A stretch of DNA of 64,000 nt from the NCBI GenBank assembly GCA_965205065.1, contig CBDBFT010000001.1:1888744-1952743 (forward strand), in the 5' to 3' direction. The notes below the pieces were generated by a model. It made no database searches and was not told the DNA's origin. It was given only the letters and a program-made list of their open reading frames with translations. This DNA is from Candidatus Poribacteria bacterium. GTDB taxonomy: Bacteria > Poribacteria > WGA-4E > WGA-3G. Shown here one piece after another: positions 41,764 through 54,624 of the stretch. Made by a program: the position numbers and the translations under genes. Position 1 is the stretch's first letter. Each line of letters begins with the position of its first letter.

Positions 41764-42546
41764 TTAAGCGAGCATTTCTCCCGCAGATGGATTCTGTTTG
41801 AAGCCGCCTGCTATTATATTATTGTAAGGTTCATTCGGGTCTCTACCAACAGGACGCATCTCTGGTGTATGATAACCGAATCGTACTGCTTTTCGCCACT
41901 CCTCAGTTCTATTGACTTCAGACCAATGTATGAGACAATAGCTGAAAAAGATAACATCTCCAGCTTTTGCTGGAATTGGTATTGAGTCGATGAAGTCTGG
42001 GTGGAACTTATCAGTTGGTAAGTGTGGTGCAGTTCCTTCACCTGTAATATGTTCTTTTGGTCCCTCTTTATGACTACCGGGAACAACTCTAAGTGCCCCG
42101 CTTTCATAAGGTGCATCATCAAGATGTACAAGACAATCTACGAAATCGAGTCCATCGTGTGGGTAAAAAGGATAGTCCTGATGCATCGGAAACGGCGTAC
42201 CTTTTTCAGGTGGTTTTGCGTGTAGGACAGTATGGTGCCATTGGACTCTATCGCCGATAAGCGATTGGACAGCACCTGTTAAGCGTTCATGGAAAATCAC
42301 ACGTCCCCATGCAGCAGAATAGAAGTGCGGATTATGCATGAAGACTGCCTTTGTGGTTTGCTGATCTTCCTCTTTCAAGTATTTTGTTCGCCACGGACCG
42401 GGCCAACCGATTGTTTCCTGTCCCCAATTGTTTATGATCTTCACCATATCTGATGCGAGTTCTTCCGTTTCCTCTGTCGTGAAAAGTTGATCAACTTTGA
42501 GATATCCGTTCTCATTATAAAAGTCTACTTGGTCTTGCGTGAGCAT
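41764..42546 (-). CDS. Phytanoyl-CoA dioxygenase (PhyH) family Fe/2OG oxygenase
   Basis: LTQDQVDFYNENGYL, KPP, HQD, L.VVPGSHK, AGDV.FF...IH.S..N. Confidence 0.9.
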   Translation of the reverse strand: MLTQDQVDFYNENGYLKVDQLFTTEETEELASDMVKIINNWGQETIGWPGPWRTKYLKEEDQQTTKAVFMHNPHFYSAAWGRVIFHERLTGAVQSLIGDRVQWHHTVLHAKPPEKGTPFPMHQDYPFYPHDGLDFVDCLVHLDDAPYESGALRVVPGSHKEGPKEHITGEGTAPHLPTDKFHPDFIDSIPIPAKAGDVIFFSYCLIHWSEVNRTEEWRKAVRFGYHTPEMRPVGRDPNEPYNNIIAGGFKQNPSAGEMLA

Positions 42547-42952
42547 ATTAAACTCCTTAATATAGGATGAAGTTATACCATTTCTAATTGAAAATGTCGC
42601 TTTATTGTAGCACATTCTGTTAGATTGTGCCGTTCTCTGTCTCATTCCTAAAAGTCAATAATGAGAGAAAATCTAATAGAAATGGTATTAGGTTTGAACC
42701 TCTTTCAAACATATTACGTTAAAATCAGATGTTTTGTCAAGACATTTAATAATTAAAAGGCGATATGTCAAGACATGATTATACCAACCCATAATTAATA
42801 CTTGATTGAGAATAAAATCTCTGTTAGAATGTCTACACAACTATCCTAACTGTGAACGAGATATGCAAGACATAGTCGTAGACGCAATGAAATTACGAAT
42901 TAGGGAAATATGACAGAGAAATTAGATATAGATATATTGTGGGAGTGGTAAT

Positions 42953-44452
42953 ATGACAGAAACTGATGAGCGTGTTGATGGTGGCACACTGCCAGATTGG
43001 GAGACAGCGGAATTACCTGATCCACCAAAATATAAATTTGGCAAAGCTTTTAGAGGTATTTTAGGTCCCGGTATTATCGCATTGGGTGCATCAATTGGGA
43101 GTGGAGAATGGTTGTTAGGTCCAGCAATCACTGCACAATATGGTGGGACTCTTCTATGGATCGCAACAATAGCAATCGTACTTCAATCTATCCTTAACAC
43201 AGAAGCAATACGGTACACTATCTATTCTGGTGAACCGATGCTCAGTGGGTATATGCGGTGTAAACCCGGACCCCGATTTTGGGCAATCTTCTATACTGGA
43301 GGTGACTTTTTTACCATCTGGCCTGCCTGGGCAATGACTGCAGCAACTGCACTCGGTGCCGCATGGTTAGGAAAAATGCCAACGGAAACAGACCAGAATA
43401 CTGTGAGAATCTTTGCCTTCTTGATTTTCTTTGCCTGTCTGGCAATTGTTATGTTTGGAGGAAAGATATACAATGCCCTTGAAAAAGTACAGCTATTTAT
43501 GGTTGTCTGGATTATCGGTTATCTGGTTGTTATCGACCTCTTCTTTGTTCCTCCCGAAGTATGGTGGACAGTCATTAAGGGGTTTTTCAGCTTTGGCGCA
43601 TTGCCAGATGAGGTAAAGACAGGCAACTTCGATTGGCTACTCCTCGGTGCATTTGCTGCTTATGCTGGTAGTGGAGGATTAGGTAATATTACAATATCAA
43701 ACTACGTCAGGGATAAAGGCTGGGGCATGAGTAGTTTAGTCGGTGCGATTCCTTCAATCATCGGTGGACAGAAAGTAACATTATCGCACTTTGGAAAGGT
43801 GTTTAGAATTACACCGGATAGTATTCAACGCTTTAAAGAATGGTGGAAATATGTCCGATTTGAACAATACTATATCTGGCTTATTGGGTGTTTTATCGGT
43901 TTAGCACTCCCTGCAATGTTAACATTAGCCTTTGTAGAATCAGGAACAGAAATGGATCAGTGGTCAGCAGCTGCATTTCAAGCAGAGGGACTTGCAGAAA
44001 AGGCAGGAAAACCCATCATGTGGCATCTGACACTGTTATGTGGTTTCTGGGTGCTTTTTTCAACACAACTCGGTGGAGTAGACAGCGTTCCACGACGATT
44101 TACGGATATTATATGGACAGGATTTAGAAGTGCCCGCACAATGGAAGAGCAGAACGCAAAATGGATCTATTATCCGATCCTGTTAGTATATGTGCTATGG
44201 GGTGTGATTGCAATGTACTTAGCACGTCCCTTCTTGATGATATTGGTCTCTGCCACGATAGGTGGATATCAACTCGTGATTACCGCATTACATACGCTTT
44301 ATGTCAACCGAAAATTCTTGCCGAAAGAGATTCAACCACCGATATGGAAACAGATCGGTTTGCTCTTATGTGCAGGATTCTACGCAATTTTCGGCACCAT
44401 CACAGTCATTCAAAAACTGGTTGTGCCCTACATCCTGCCGATATTTAATTGA
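42953..44452 (+). CDS. Nramp-like (APC superfamily) membrane transporter
   Basis: LGPGII....SIGSGE motif; about 11 TM helices. Confidence 0.75.
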   Translation: MTETDERVDGGTLPDWETAELPDPPKYKFGKAFRGILGPGIIALGASIGSGEWLLGPAITAQYGGTLLWIATIAIVLQSILNTEAIRYTIYSGEPMLSGYMRCKPGPRFWAIFYTGGDFFTIWPAWAMTAATALGAAWLGKMPTETDQNTVRIFAFLIFFACLAIVMFGGKIYNALEKVQLFMVVWIIGYLVVIDLFFVPPEVWWTVIKGFFSFGALPDEVKTGNFDWLLLGAFAAYAGSGGLGNITISNYVRDKGWGMSSLVGAIPSIIGGQKVTLSHFGKVFRITPDSIQRFKEWWKYVRFEQYYIWLIGCFIGLALPAMLTLAFVESGTEMDQWSAAAFQAEGLAEKAGKPIMWHLTLLCGFWVLFSTQLGGVDSVPRRFTDIIWTGFRSARTMEEQNAKWIYYPILLVYVLWGVIAMYLARPFLMILVSATIGGYQLVITALHTLYVNRKFLPKEIQPPIWKQIGLLLCAGFYAIFGTITVIQKLVVPYILPIFN

Positions 44453-44462
44453 GGGGTGGAAA

Positions 44463-44555
44463 GTAGTAAGCACACGCCGTGTGCCGTTCTTAAGGGTAGT
44501 AGGCACACTCCGAGTGCCGTTCTTAAGGGTAGTAGGCACACTCCGAGTGCCGTTC
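44463..44555 (+). repeat. REP-like family A array, 3 x 33 bp, between convergent stops
   Basis: GTAGTA(A/G)GCACAC(G/T)CCG(T/A)GTGCCGTTC at 44463, 44496 and 44529. Confidence 0.9.
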
Positions 44556-46080
44556 ACATTATGCTCTTAGCTGAGACGATCGCCTGAGTTAAACTCTCTA
44601 TCGTTGCATTTTTGGCTCTAATGTCAATTCGCAGCCCATGTTTACTGGCAGTCGCTTCTGTAGTTGGACCGATGACTGCTACACGGACATGAGACAATAA
44701 AGCCTTAGGATTTTGTTCAGGGAACATTTCAAGAAAGTTCCTCACAGTAGAAGAACTCGTAAAGGTAACGACATCTATTGATCCTTCTAATAAATCTTTA
44801 AGGATCACATCCTTGCATTCACTCTCAACTTTTAGTGTATCATAAATCGCCACGTCATGAACATTTGCACCTCTTTTTCGCAACCCTTGAGGTAAATCAG
44901 CAGTAGCGATTTTCGCTCTTGGCAGCAGTATATTCTTACCTTTCACATTTTTCAATTCTTTAGCAATAACGTTTCCGCTGGCATGCGTTGGAACGAAGTC
45001 AGGATTTATACCAATACCCTTAAGTGCTTCAATCGTCTTTGGACCTACAGCACAGACTTGGCACGTCAGAAATGCTCTTGTGTCTAAGCCAACACTATTT
45101 AGTAAACTATAATATATCTCAACCGCATTGACACTTGTAAAGATGACCCAACTGTACGTGTCAGGGGTTGGTATATCTTCAACCTTTAACGCAATAGGAT
45201 GGATCTCTATTGTTGGAAACTGTATGACTTCAGCACCTTCTACCTCTAAACGTTCAGCAAATTCACTTGCTTGTGCGCGGGCACGAGTGATAAGTATCCG
45301 TTTACCAAAAAGCGGTTTCGTATCAAACCATCTCAGGTGTTCTCGTAAGTTGTTCACTTGTCCCACAATGATTATCGCTGGACTGCTTATATGAACTGCT
45401 TCCACTTTTTCAACTATGTTCTCAAGTGTGCCTTGCACCACAGTCTGTTGTGGGGTCGTTCCGACTCTGACTAAACTCACAGGTGTGTGTCTATCTCTAC
45501 CACCTGAGATCAAACGGTTCACAATTTCTGACAGATGTGCAACTCCCATATAAACAATCAGTGTATCAACTGCAGTCGCGAGTTGTTGCCAATTGATATT
45601 GGAGTCAGTGTGCATCGCGGCTGAATGTCCCGTGACAAATGCGACTGATGATGCAAAATCACGATGTGTAACAGGGATCCCAGCATAAGCAGATGCAGCA
45701 ATTCCAGAAGTGACACCGGGCACAATTTCAAACGGCACTCCTGCTTGCATAAGAACCATTGCTTCTTCACCACCACGACCAAATATGAACGGATCCCCGC
45801 CTTTAAGACGCACAACGACTTTACCCGTTTTTGCATGTTCTATAAGCAACCGGTTCAGTTCTTCTTGACGCGTTGAACGTATTCTCGGGTCTGGTGCTTT
45901 GATTCTCACGGTGTGTTCAGGACAATAATCAAGCAGTGAGTCATTCAGAAGCAGATCATATATCACAACATCAGCTTTCTGTAGACACGCCACTCCTTTT
46001 ACGGTTATCAGTTTTTTATCACCAGGTCCTGCACCGACTATGTAGACGATTCCATTTTTCTCTGTGATCATACAGGACAC
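44554..46080 (-). CDS. cobA: Uroporphyrinogen-III C-methyltransferase / uroporphyrinogen-III synthase fusion (CobA-HemD)
   Basis: [25 protein letters not shown], then [25 protein letters not shown]. Confidence 0.92.
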   Translation of the reverse strand: MSCMITEKNGIVYIVGAGPGDKKLITVKGVACLQKADVVIYDLLLNDSLLDYCPEHTVRIKAPDPRIRSTRQEELNRLLIEHAKTGKVVVRLKGGDPFIFGRGGEEAMVLMQAGVPFEIVPGVTSGIAASAYAGIPVTHRDFASSVAFVTGHSAAMHTDSNINWQQLATAVDTLIVYMGVAHLSEIVNRLISGGRDRHTPVSLVRVGTTPQQTVVQGTLENIVEKVEAVHISSPAIIIVGQVNNLREHLRWFDTKPLFGKRILITRARAQASEFAERLEVEGAEVIQFPTIEIHPIALKVEDIPTPDTYSWVIFTSVNAVEIYYSLLNSVGLDTRAFLTCQVCAVGPKTIEALKGIGINPDFVPTHASGNVIAKELKNVKGKNILLPRAKIATADLPQGLRKRGANVHDVAIYDTLKVESECKDVILKDLLEGSIDVVTFTSSSTVRNFLEMFPEQNPKALLSHVRVAVIGPTTEATASKHGLRIDIRAKNATIESLTQAIVSAKSIM

Positions 46081-46091
46081 CTTTGCTCAAA

Positions 46092-47003
46092 TTATATATG
46101 CATCAATTCGTGTGCACCGTTTTTTCGTAGTTTCTCTGCCACACGTCTTCCTAATTCTTGGGGGTTATCAATGCCATCTGTCGCTTGTTCTACTATACGT
46201 TTTTTACCCAGTGGATGACATACCGTTCCAATGAGAGAGAGTTTTTCGTTGTGCTGTCTGGCATAAGCACCAATCGGCAGTTGACACCCACCACCGAGGG
46301 ACTCCAGCAGAGTTCTCTCAGCAGTAATCTCGGTCGTTGTCATGCTATCGTTTAATAGAGAAAGCAATTGGCGTGTACGACTATCTTCCGCGCGAGTTTC
46401 AATAGCCAATGCCCCCTGTCCAACTGCTGGTACGAACTTATCAGGCTCAAAATACTCTGTTATTAAATCTTCCTTTTGTAGACGTTTCAGTCCAGCCGCA
46501 GCAAGGATAATTCCGTCAAGTTCCGTTTCTTGAAGTTTTTTTAGACGTGTATCAACATTTCCTCTGACATCAACCACATGTAGGTCTTGGCGAATGTGTA
46601 GGAGTTGCGCTTTTCTACGCGGACTTGTCGTTCCAATTTTCGCCTCGTTGGTAAGCTCATGTAATGGAAGACGTGTAGATGAAATCAATACATCACGCGG
46701 ATCTTCACGGGTTGGGATCGCAGCAATACATAATCCATCCGGTAATTCTGTTGGCAGGTCTTTAAGACTATGAACGGCAAGGTCAATATCTTCATTCAGC
46801 AATGCAACTTCAATCTCTTTGGTAAAAACCCCCTTCCCAAGTCCAACTAAGGTTCTATTCTGGATTGTGTCCCCAGTTGTTTTAATGGTCTTAAGTTCTA
46901 TTTGGACATCAGGATGGTAGTGGAGGAGCTGCTGTTTTACATAAGAAGCTTGCCAAAGTGCAAGTTGACTGCCACGTGTTCCGACCGTAACGGTATGCTT
47001 CAT
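46092..47003 (-). CDS. hemC: Porphobilinogen deaminase
   Basis: GTRGSQLALWQ, AVHSLKDLP, RGNVDTRL, GGGCQLPIG. Confidence 0.97.
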   Translation of the reverse strand: MKHTVTVGTRGSQLALWQASYVKQQLLHYHPDVQIELKTIKTTGDTIQNRTLVGLGKGVFTKEIEVALLNEDIDLAVHSLKDLPTELPDGLCIAAIPTREDPRDVLISSTRLPLHELTNEAKIGTTSPRRKAQLLHIRQDLHVVDVRGNVDTRLKKLQETELDGIILAAAGLKRLQKEDLITEYFEPDKFVPAVGQGALAIETRAEDSRTRQLLSLLNDSMTTTEITAERTLLESLGGGCQLPIGAYARQHNEKLSLIGTVCHPLGKKRIVEQATDGIDNPQELGRRVAEKLRKNGAHELMHI

Positions 47004-48310
47004 TCCTGTTCCTTATTGTCAACTTGGTCCAATGCAAACAGTTCTTGTATCGCCTGTACATATTTCCCGTGGTCAGCATTACCATCATTAACAGCTTGAC
47101 GGAGATTATCAACGGGTTGATGCAGTAATTTTTTGACAATTGCTTGTGTCATCGACTTTATAGCAGTTGCTTCTGCATCAGATAAGGATGTCTGTTTGAG
47201 ATATGTCTGAAGTTCCGTATCAGCGATCTGTTGGAACTGCTGATGCAGTGATTTTATAGTAGGACTAACTTCAAGAACCTGTAATTGGTCGTGGAACCTT
47301 TTTGCCTCTTCAATTACGATCTGTTCTGCCCGGACAGCTTCCTGTTCTCGTTCTTTTAAGTTTGAAGCAACAACTGCCTCTAAATCGTCTATGTTATAGA
47401 GGAATGCATGATTTATTTTGCTGACATCGGGTTCAATATCTCTCGGTACAGAAATATCAATCAGAAACATATACCGATGTTTTCGCTTTCGCATAATTTC
47501 TGCTAACGGTTGGCGTTCTATAAGGTAGTGTGGTGCATCCGTTGAGCTAATGACTATATCCGCATCAATCAGAAATCCGAGATCATTTTCAAAGGATACA
47601 GGAGTTCCTTTGAACTTTTCGGCTATTTTGACAGCGCGTTCATAAGTACGATTTGCAACAATAACCTTAGAAACACCATTTGAGACGAGGTGTTTCGCTG
47701 TCAGTTCACTCATCTCACCTGCCCCAATGATGGCGACAGTTTTATCCTCTAATGTATTGAATATCTTCTTTGCTAATTCAACCGCTGCATAACTGATGGA
47801 TACGGCTCCAGTAGCAATCGTCGTTTCTGATCGGATCCGTTTACCAACACTGAATGCCTTGCTGAATAATCGATTCAGGATAGCACCAGCACCCCCAGCA
47901 GTACGCGAAAGATCATAAGCCTCTTTAACCTGTCCAAGTATTTGGGACTCTCCGACTACCATAGAGTCAAGGCTTGACGTCACTCTGAATAGGTGCAAAA
48001 TAGTGTCAAGGTTATGATGTCTATAACTCCACTTTTTTATGCTATCTGAACCGATTCTGTGGTAATGGGCAAGAAAATCAAGCAGACTCTTGACAGGTGA
48101 TTCCGTGATCTGTTGTGTATTCGCTACAGCATATACCTCAACCCTGTTACAGGTCGAGAGGATCACTGCTTCTTGAAGTTTGTAAGAATCACGAAGGTGA
48201 TGGACGCATTCAATAAGCTGTTCATTGGAAAAAGCCAACTTTTCCCTAAATTCAACAGGAGCAACATGGTGGCTTGTACCAATAGATACAATCTGATTCA
48301 TAGTTTTCAT
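47000..48310 (-). CDS. hemA: Glutamyl-tRNA reductase
   Basis: LSTCNRVE, SLDSMVVGESQILGQVK, IGAGEM, DISVPRDI. Confidence 0.97.
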   Translation of the reverse strand: MKTMNQIVSIGTSHHVAPVEFREKLAFSNEQLIECVHHLRDSYKLQEAVILSTCNRVEVYAVANTQQITESPVKSLLDFLAHYHRIGSDSIKKWSYRHHNLDTILHLFRVTSSLDSMVVGESQILGQVKEAYDLSRTAGGAGAILNRLFSKAFSVGKRIRSETTIATGAVSISYAAVELAKKIFNTLEDKTVAIIGAGEMSELTAKHLVSNGVSKVIVANRTYERAVKIAEKFKGTPVSFENDLGFLIDADIVISSTDAPHYLIERQPLAEIMRKRKHRYMFLIDISVPRDIEPDVSKINHAFLYNIDDLEAVVASNLKEREQEAVRAEQIVIEEAKRFHDQLQVLEVSPTIKSLHQQFQQIADTELQTYLKQTSLSDAEATAIKSMTQAIVKKLLHQPVDNLRQAVNDGNADHGKYVQAIQELFALDQVDNKEQE

Positions 48311-48466
48311 CCAACGGAATCTAATGTTTTCAGCACGTCATATTCTGAAATTAATTATATCATGGTTTGGGGTTTAAGTCAAATATAGGAATTGGGAACA
48401 ATTGGAACTTAATAACTTGACAACTACCAAGAATTTCTGTTATCCTAAATTCCAGGAGGGTTCACT

Positions 48467-48778
48467 ATGTCAGATCACTTCAACAAATTATTGTTACAGA
48501 CGCTCAAAGAAGTAGGGGGCCGGTTGGAACGGCTTGAGAGACGCTTGGATCATGTCATAAACGAAAAAGCCGTTAAGACTGATGTCAACGACGTTAAGAC
48601 TGAACTTAAGTCTGATGTCAACGACCTCAAGACAGAAATCAACGACCTACGGGACGAGCTTAGATCCCAATGACGACGTATTGACCGCATTGAAACAGGA
48701 ATTAGAACACTTCAATGGACAATGACTGCCGGACTCGCTGTGCTGGGGATTATTATTGCACTCATAAAGGCGTTCTAA
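48467..48778 (+). pseudogene. Small coiled-coil + TM protein gene with an in-frame TGA at 48671
   Basis: Frame continues past TGA as RRIDRIETGIRTLQWTMTAGLAVLGIIIALIKAF*; TTGACA promoter at 48417 and GGAGG RBS. Confidence 0.7.
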
Positions 48779-49015
48779 TACCATTTCTAAATGAAAATGC
48801 CTCTTTTCCCTCATTACCCATCTCCCCGCACCATCCATCTTGATATATCTAATGCAGAATACCAAACGCGTATTCTGCCACATTCATCCTTGATTGTGCT
48901 TCTTTATACACCATTCAGCCTCCATTACCCTTCCCTGTACTAAATTGACGCCTATGGGGTTTTTGCTAAAATCAGCCCCAATATGTGAAAGTAAACTTGA
49001 ATACACAAGAAACCC

Positions 49016-49365
49016 CTTCCGCGTCCTCCGTGTTCTCCGCGTCCTCCGCGATTCTGACAAAATAGACGACAGTCCTTCCATCCTTCCTCCCTTCCACTCT
49101 TCCACACTTCCATTCATCCATCCCTTTTCCCTTCCGCGTCCTCCGCGATTCTGACAAAATAGATGACAGTCCTTCCATCCTTCCTCCCTTCCACTCTTCC
49201 ACACTTCCATTCATCCATCCCTTTTCCCTTCCGCGTCCTCCGCGATTCTGACAAAATAGACGACAGTCCTTCCATCCTTCCATCCTTCCATCCTTCCATC
49301 CATCCCTTTTTTCTTCCGCGTTCTCCGCGATTCAGACATAGAGTGACAAGAACTTTACACACCCC
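49016..49365 (+). repeat. Tandem ~97-bp pyrimidine-rich repeat (TCCGCGATTCTGACAA plus CCTTCCAT tracts)
   Basis: GATTC(T/A)GACA at 49050, 49147, 49244 and 49329; homologous to 8140-8250 (minus) and ~10675-10717. Confidence 0.85.
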
Positions 49366-49444
49366 TAACAATAAAATAGGTTGACAAACATCGCTTTAGT
49401 TAGGTAAAATTACATAATAGTCTATTATTCCTCGGAGGAACAAA

Positions 49445-49852
49445 ATGACAGAAGAGAATTTAATTGAAGATATTACTGAAGATATTACTGAAGATATTAC
49501 TGAAGATACAGAACAAGAGACACCTCAAAGTGGTGTGGTCTTGAACTTCCAGCAGGTTCAATCCATAGATATTCCACAGAAGTTCAGTCGTGTCAATACA
49601 GAAAATGGTTGGACTATCAACATACTCGGTTCGGGTCGAGTGATAGTAAACTTCATTACCAGCATGAGAAAATTGGAAACACCTTTGATGGCGGGTGATA
49701 TCATTGAACGCGATGGCGACAATATCGTTATCGTCAGGAATCAACCCGTAGAAGCTTATAAAACCCAGAGAGGTACTACATCATTAGCACGAACACGCGA
49801 TGAATTGTTGAACACAGAGAGTACCGTTGGGAGAAAAGCAGTTCCAGATTAG
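49445..49852 (+). CDS. Hypothetical protein
   Basis: GGAGG RBS; TTGACA-18-TAAAAT at 49381; (EDIT)x3 12-bp repeat. Confidence 0.7.
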   Translation: MTEENLIEDITEDITEDITEDTEQETPQSGVVLNFQQVQSIDIPQKFSRVNTENGWTINILGSGRVIVNFITSMRKLETPLMAGDIIERDGDNIVIVRNQPVEAYKTQRGTTSLARTRDELLNTESTVGRKAVPD

Positions 49853-49998
49853 AAGACGACTTGAGTAGAAAGGATATTCGGGACAATAGATAATCTGAGA
49901 CATTCTTGAGCTGTCTTATTTAGTTTTTTTTAGGTTAGGAGGTATCTACCATTTTAGAACGCATCCACAGACTTATCTCCAGTTTAAAAGGTGGGACT

Positions 49999-50466
49999 AT
50001 GGTACCAACATCCGTAATATTGAGTCCCGAAAGTTATACCATCGTTGAGGTAGAGTATCTTGAAACGCTGCAGGAGGAGAGTGAAAAAACATCAACACTT
50101 GAGCAACAACTCGGATTACCTATCTCTGTCCGATCAGAGGATACAGATATCGTCGTTGTGAAGGAATTGGTTCCAAATCCTTGTCCAATTTGCCATCATC
50201 CGTTAAAGTTTCTTAGAGAACTCATTGACCGTTTTGAAAATGAAGAGTCAAACCAAATTAGATGTCCGCTGGGACACCGGTATTCAGGTATTTTGAAAGT
50301 ATATCATCTAAATATATTCCAACGTTCAGAAAACGCAGAGATAGAGCATAAGATCACTGAATGTCCAAAATGTCATCGTCATAATATACAATACCTCGGT
50401 CCTACAGAGATGTTCTGTTTAGATTGTGATTGGGATAGCGGTATGGTCGCACGATATCGTGTTTAA
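49999..50466 (+). CDS. Hypothetical protein with Cys/His metal-binding motifs
   Basis: CPIC, CPLGH, CPKC, CLDC. Confidence 0.6.
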   Translation: MVPTSVILSPESYTIVEVEYLETLQEESEKTSTLEQQLGLPISVRSEDTDIVVVKELVPNPCPICHHPLKFLRELIDRFENEESNQIRCPLGHRYSGILKVYHLNIFQRSENAEIEHKITECPKCHRHNIQYLGPTEMFCLDCDWDSGMVARYRV

Positions 50467-50573
50467 TGAAAAGACAGAACTCTTGGTGCTGGTAGGTGCG
50501 ATTTCATTATCAATTCAGAATCGCACCATCCGCAATAAATAACGTTAAGCTGGCATAAAACCTGCACTTTAAA

Positions 50574-52226
<1,653 letters not shown>

Positions 52227-52627
52227 TTAAAATAGTCTGTGTCTATGTAAACAATATGAAATAATTATAACATGTAAGATGTATAAAGTCAATTATTTAA
52301 GATTCTGATATTGGGGGAATAACCTAACAGTAGATAGTTTTTGATAGGTTATGAAAGCGATGAAAATAGGTCTCTATTCGCAGCCATTTCGGTCTTGAAA
52401 ATGTCCCGATTGACTATAGAGACCTATTTTATGTCTGTGATAAGATCAGAACAGTTGTTTCAAAGTACCCCATGTAAGCGACAATTTTTCTATCGAATGC
52501 ACATCAAGCGATGCTTCTCCTAATGTAATCGCTGTAATTGTATTTGAGTGTAGTATAACACAATTTTCTTTTTTGTTAAATTATATAATAAGAGACGAAT
52601 GTGTAAACTTTTTGTCACCATTTTTCA

Positions 52628-52718
52628 TAAGAGACGGCACTCGGAGAGTGCCTACTACTATTAAGAGACTTATTTTCATAAGAGACGGCACTCGGAGAGT
52701 GCCTACTACTATTAAGAG
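52628..52718 (-). repeat. Two REP-like family A copies (51-bp period)
   Basis: Reverse complement of CTCTTAATAGTAGTAGGCACTCTCCGAGTGCCGTCTCTTA. Confidence 0.9.
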
Positions 52719-52720
52719 AC

Positions 52721-54430
52721 TTAATCATCATGCTTGGTAAATGCTGATGGTTCAACATACAGTGTTTTCTCGTGTGTGTAATGCACATAACCCGCTGCGT
52801 TGCCTTTGCGTTTTACCACATAACGCGCCCACGTATAATCTACCGGCACAAGACTGGAATGGTGTGCCTTGCTGTAGTACGCCGCGAGTTGTGCAGCTTG
52901 TAATAGGGTAGGCATCGGAATGTCCTGACGGTTTTCTGGATTGCGGATGAGGACATGTGAACCGTGAATCTGCTTGGCATGTAACCACATATCCCGGGGT
53001 TTGGCAATCTGTCTCAAAAGCAGGTCATTTGCCTGACTATTGCGTCCGACATATATCTGAAAACCGTTGGTAGAGGTGTACTTTCGGTATGGACCTTCAC
53101 TTATCTGCTCCTGCGATTTTCTCCTCTGCTCTGTTCTGATCAAACCGTTCTCTATGAATTCCTTACGAATCTGTTGAAGTTCCTCAAGTGTGCCTGCGGT
53201 TTCTACCCTGTTCTGATAGGTATTGAGAACCTCTCTCTCTGCTTCAAGTTCAGCGAGTCGTTGTTGAATCTGAGAATATCCCCGTTTTGCTTTTGTGTAT
53301 TTCTTGAAAAAAGTCTGGGCATTATCTGATGGATTAAGTTCTGGGTTCAGCGCAATCGTCAAGGTTTCAAGTTCTTCACTATAGTAGTTTTGCAGTTTTA
53401 CTTCCTTCTGTCCACGTTTGATGTTGTGCAAATTCGCAAGAATGAGTTCACCCTGTATCCGGTAATCATCAGCTCTCTCAGCGTTTTCTAAGTCTTTCTG
53501 AAGTGCATTTGTCTTTCGTTTCAATTGATTCATCTGTGTTTGCACCACTTGCATAAGGGAACGTAGTTCAGATTCCTTTTTCTCTTTATTGGAAATCCTT
53601 TCGTAATATGCTGATAACGTTTCACTCATAGTCGCAAATGTTTCTATGGACGATGCGGAATACTGTTGCAGTGGCATCGGCGATGCGGCAACCGCTTCAT
53701 CTCTGTCTATGATCAGTTGCGGCGATACATCCTCTGGCGCAAAGTATCCGATGACCTGTTGAAAAGCACCGTATAAGCCTGTCTTTTCACTCCGTGCTAT
53801 TATCTCTTTTGCCAACGTAGGACTGAGTCCATCTATTTTGTTAAACAGTGATTTCCAAGTTATATCTGTTGAATGAAATAGCTCAGAAAATGAAGATTCA
53901 TTGATTTCAAACGGATCTAACTTCTCTTGTTGCGGCGGCAAAGTATAAGTTTCACCGGGTAATACTTCTCTATATCGACTTTTGGTCTCATCTATATGTT
54001 TGAGACACTCCAGTATTCTGTCGTCGGTATCATCCATCAAAATGATATTGCTGTGTTTACCCATAATCTCTACAATAATTGATTTTTTGTTGGTTTGTAG
54101 ATGATCATCTGACTTTGGTTGGACAGATATTTTTAAGATACGATCCCATCCGAGTTGTGAGATTCCCCTGATGACGCCTTGTTTGAGATGTGTAGAGAGG
54201 AAATCTGCGAAATAGGATTGTTTCTGTCCAGGGGACGGCTTCTGGATCAGATGCGCACGGGCATGCACTGAATGCGCAGAAATAACCACCCAATGTGTTT
54301 TCGCTTTCTGACTAATTTTGATGGAAAACGTTGTAGGATTAGTCTGTTCAATATGGCGAATAGTTCCACCGATTAACGACTGAGACATTTCATGCACAAC
54401 GATGCGGAGGGTTAAACTATCAAAAGACAT
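52721..54430 (-). CDS. rqcH: Ribosome quality control factor RqcH / FbpA (NFACT family)
   Basis: MSFD, DRIL, EIMGKHSNIIL, NAQ.FFKKYTK.K, VGRN...ND, WLHAK...GSHV, AAQLAAYYS, VPVDYT. Confidence 0.9.
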   Translation of the reverse strand: MSFDSLTLRIVVHEMSQSLIGGTIRHIEQTNPTTFSIKISQKAKTHWVVISAHSVHARAHLIQKPSPGQKQSYFADFLSTHLKQGVIRGISQLGWDRILKISVQPKSDDHLQTNKKSIIVEIMGKHSNIILMDDTDDRILECLKHIDETKSRYREVLPGETYTLPPQQEKLDPFEINESSFSELFHSTDITWKSLFNKIDGLSPTLAKEIIARSEKTGLYGAFQQVIGYFAPEDVSPQLIIDRDEAVAASPMPLQQYSASSIETFATMSETLSAYYERISNKEKKESELRSLMQVVQTQMNQLKRKTNALQKDLENAERADDYRIQGELILANLHNIKRGQKEVKLQNYYSEELETLTIALNPELNPSDNAQTFFKKYTKAKRGYSQIQQRLAELEAEREVLNTYQNRVETAGTLEELQQIRKEFIENGLIRTEQRRKSQEQISEGPYRKYTSTNGFQIYVGRNSQANDLLLRQIAKPRDMWLHAKQIHGSHVLIRNPENRQDIPMPTLLQAAQLAAYYSKAHHSSLVPVDYTWARYVVKRKGNAAGYVHYTHEKTLYVEPSAFTKHDD

Positions 54431-54445
54431 GGTTTTGTTGGTATG

Positions 54446-54580
54446 TATAGTGGATTTTACAATTAACTTTACATCTGAGTTGTAGGAGGGAACTCCGATT
54501 CCCGACTATTAGTGGTTGCGTCGCGATTCGGAGATCGCTCCTACAGAATATATGTAAACTTATTTGCATAATTTACTATA
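54446..54580. mobile_element. TA-flanked MITE carrying a GTAGGAG...CTCCTAC hairpin pair
   Basis: ~21-bp imperfect TIRs TATAGTGGATTTTACAATTAA / TTATTTGCATAATTTACTATA; 15 bp upstream of the rqcH start. Confidence 0.75.
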
Positions 54581-54624
54581 ATGCGTTTACTGTTGCGGTG
54601 AAGTCGATAGGTGCGATTTCCTTA

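Noticed and set aside
48671..48673. Selenocysteine or alternative genetic code at the in-frame TGA
   Set aside because: There is no redox motif or recognisable SECIS, and TGA terminates other genes such as nuoA and cobA-hemD.
48884..49384. Several overlapping short ORFs
   Set aside because: They are by-products of the pyrimidine-rich 97-bp repeat.
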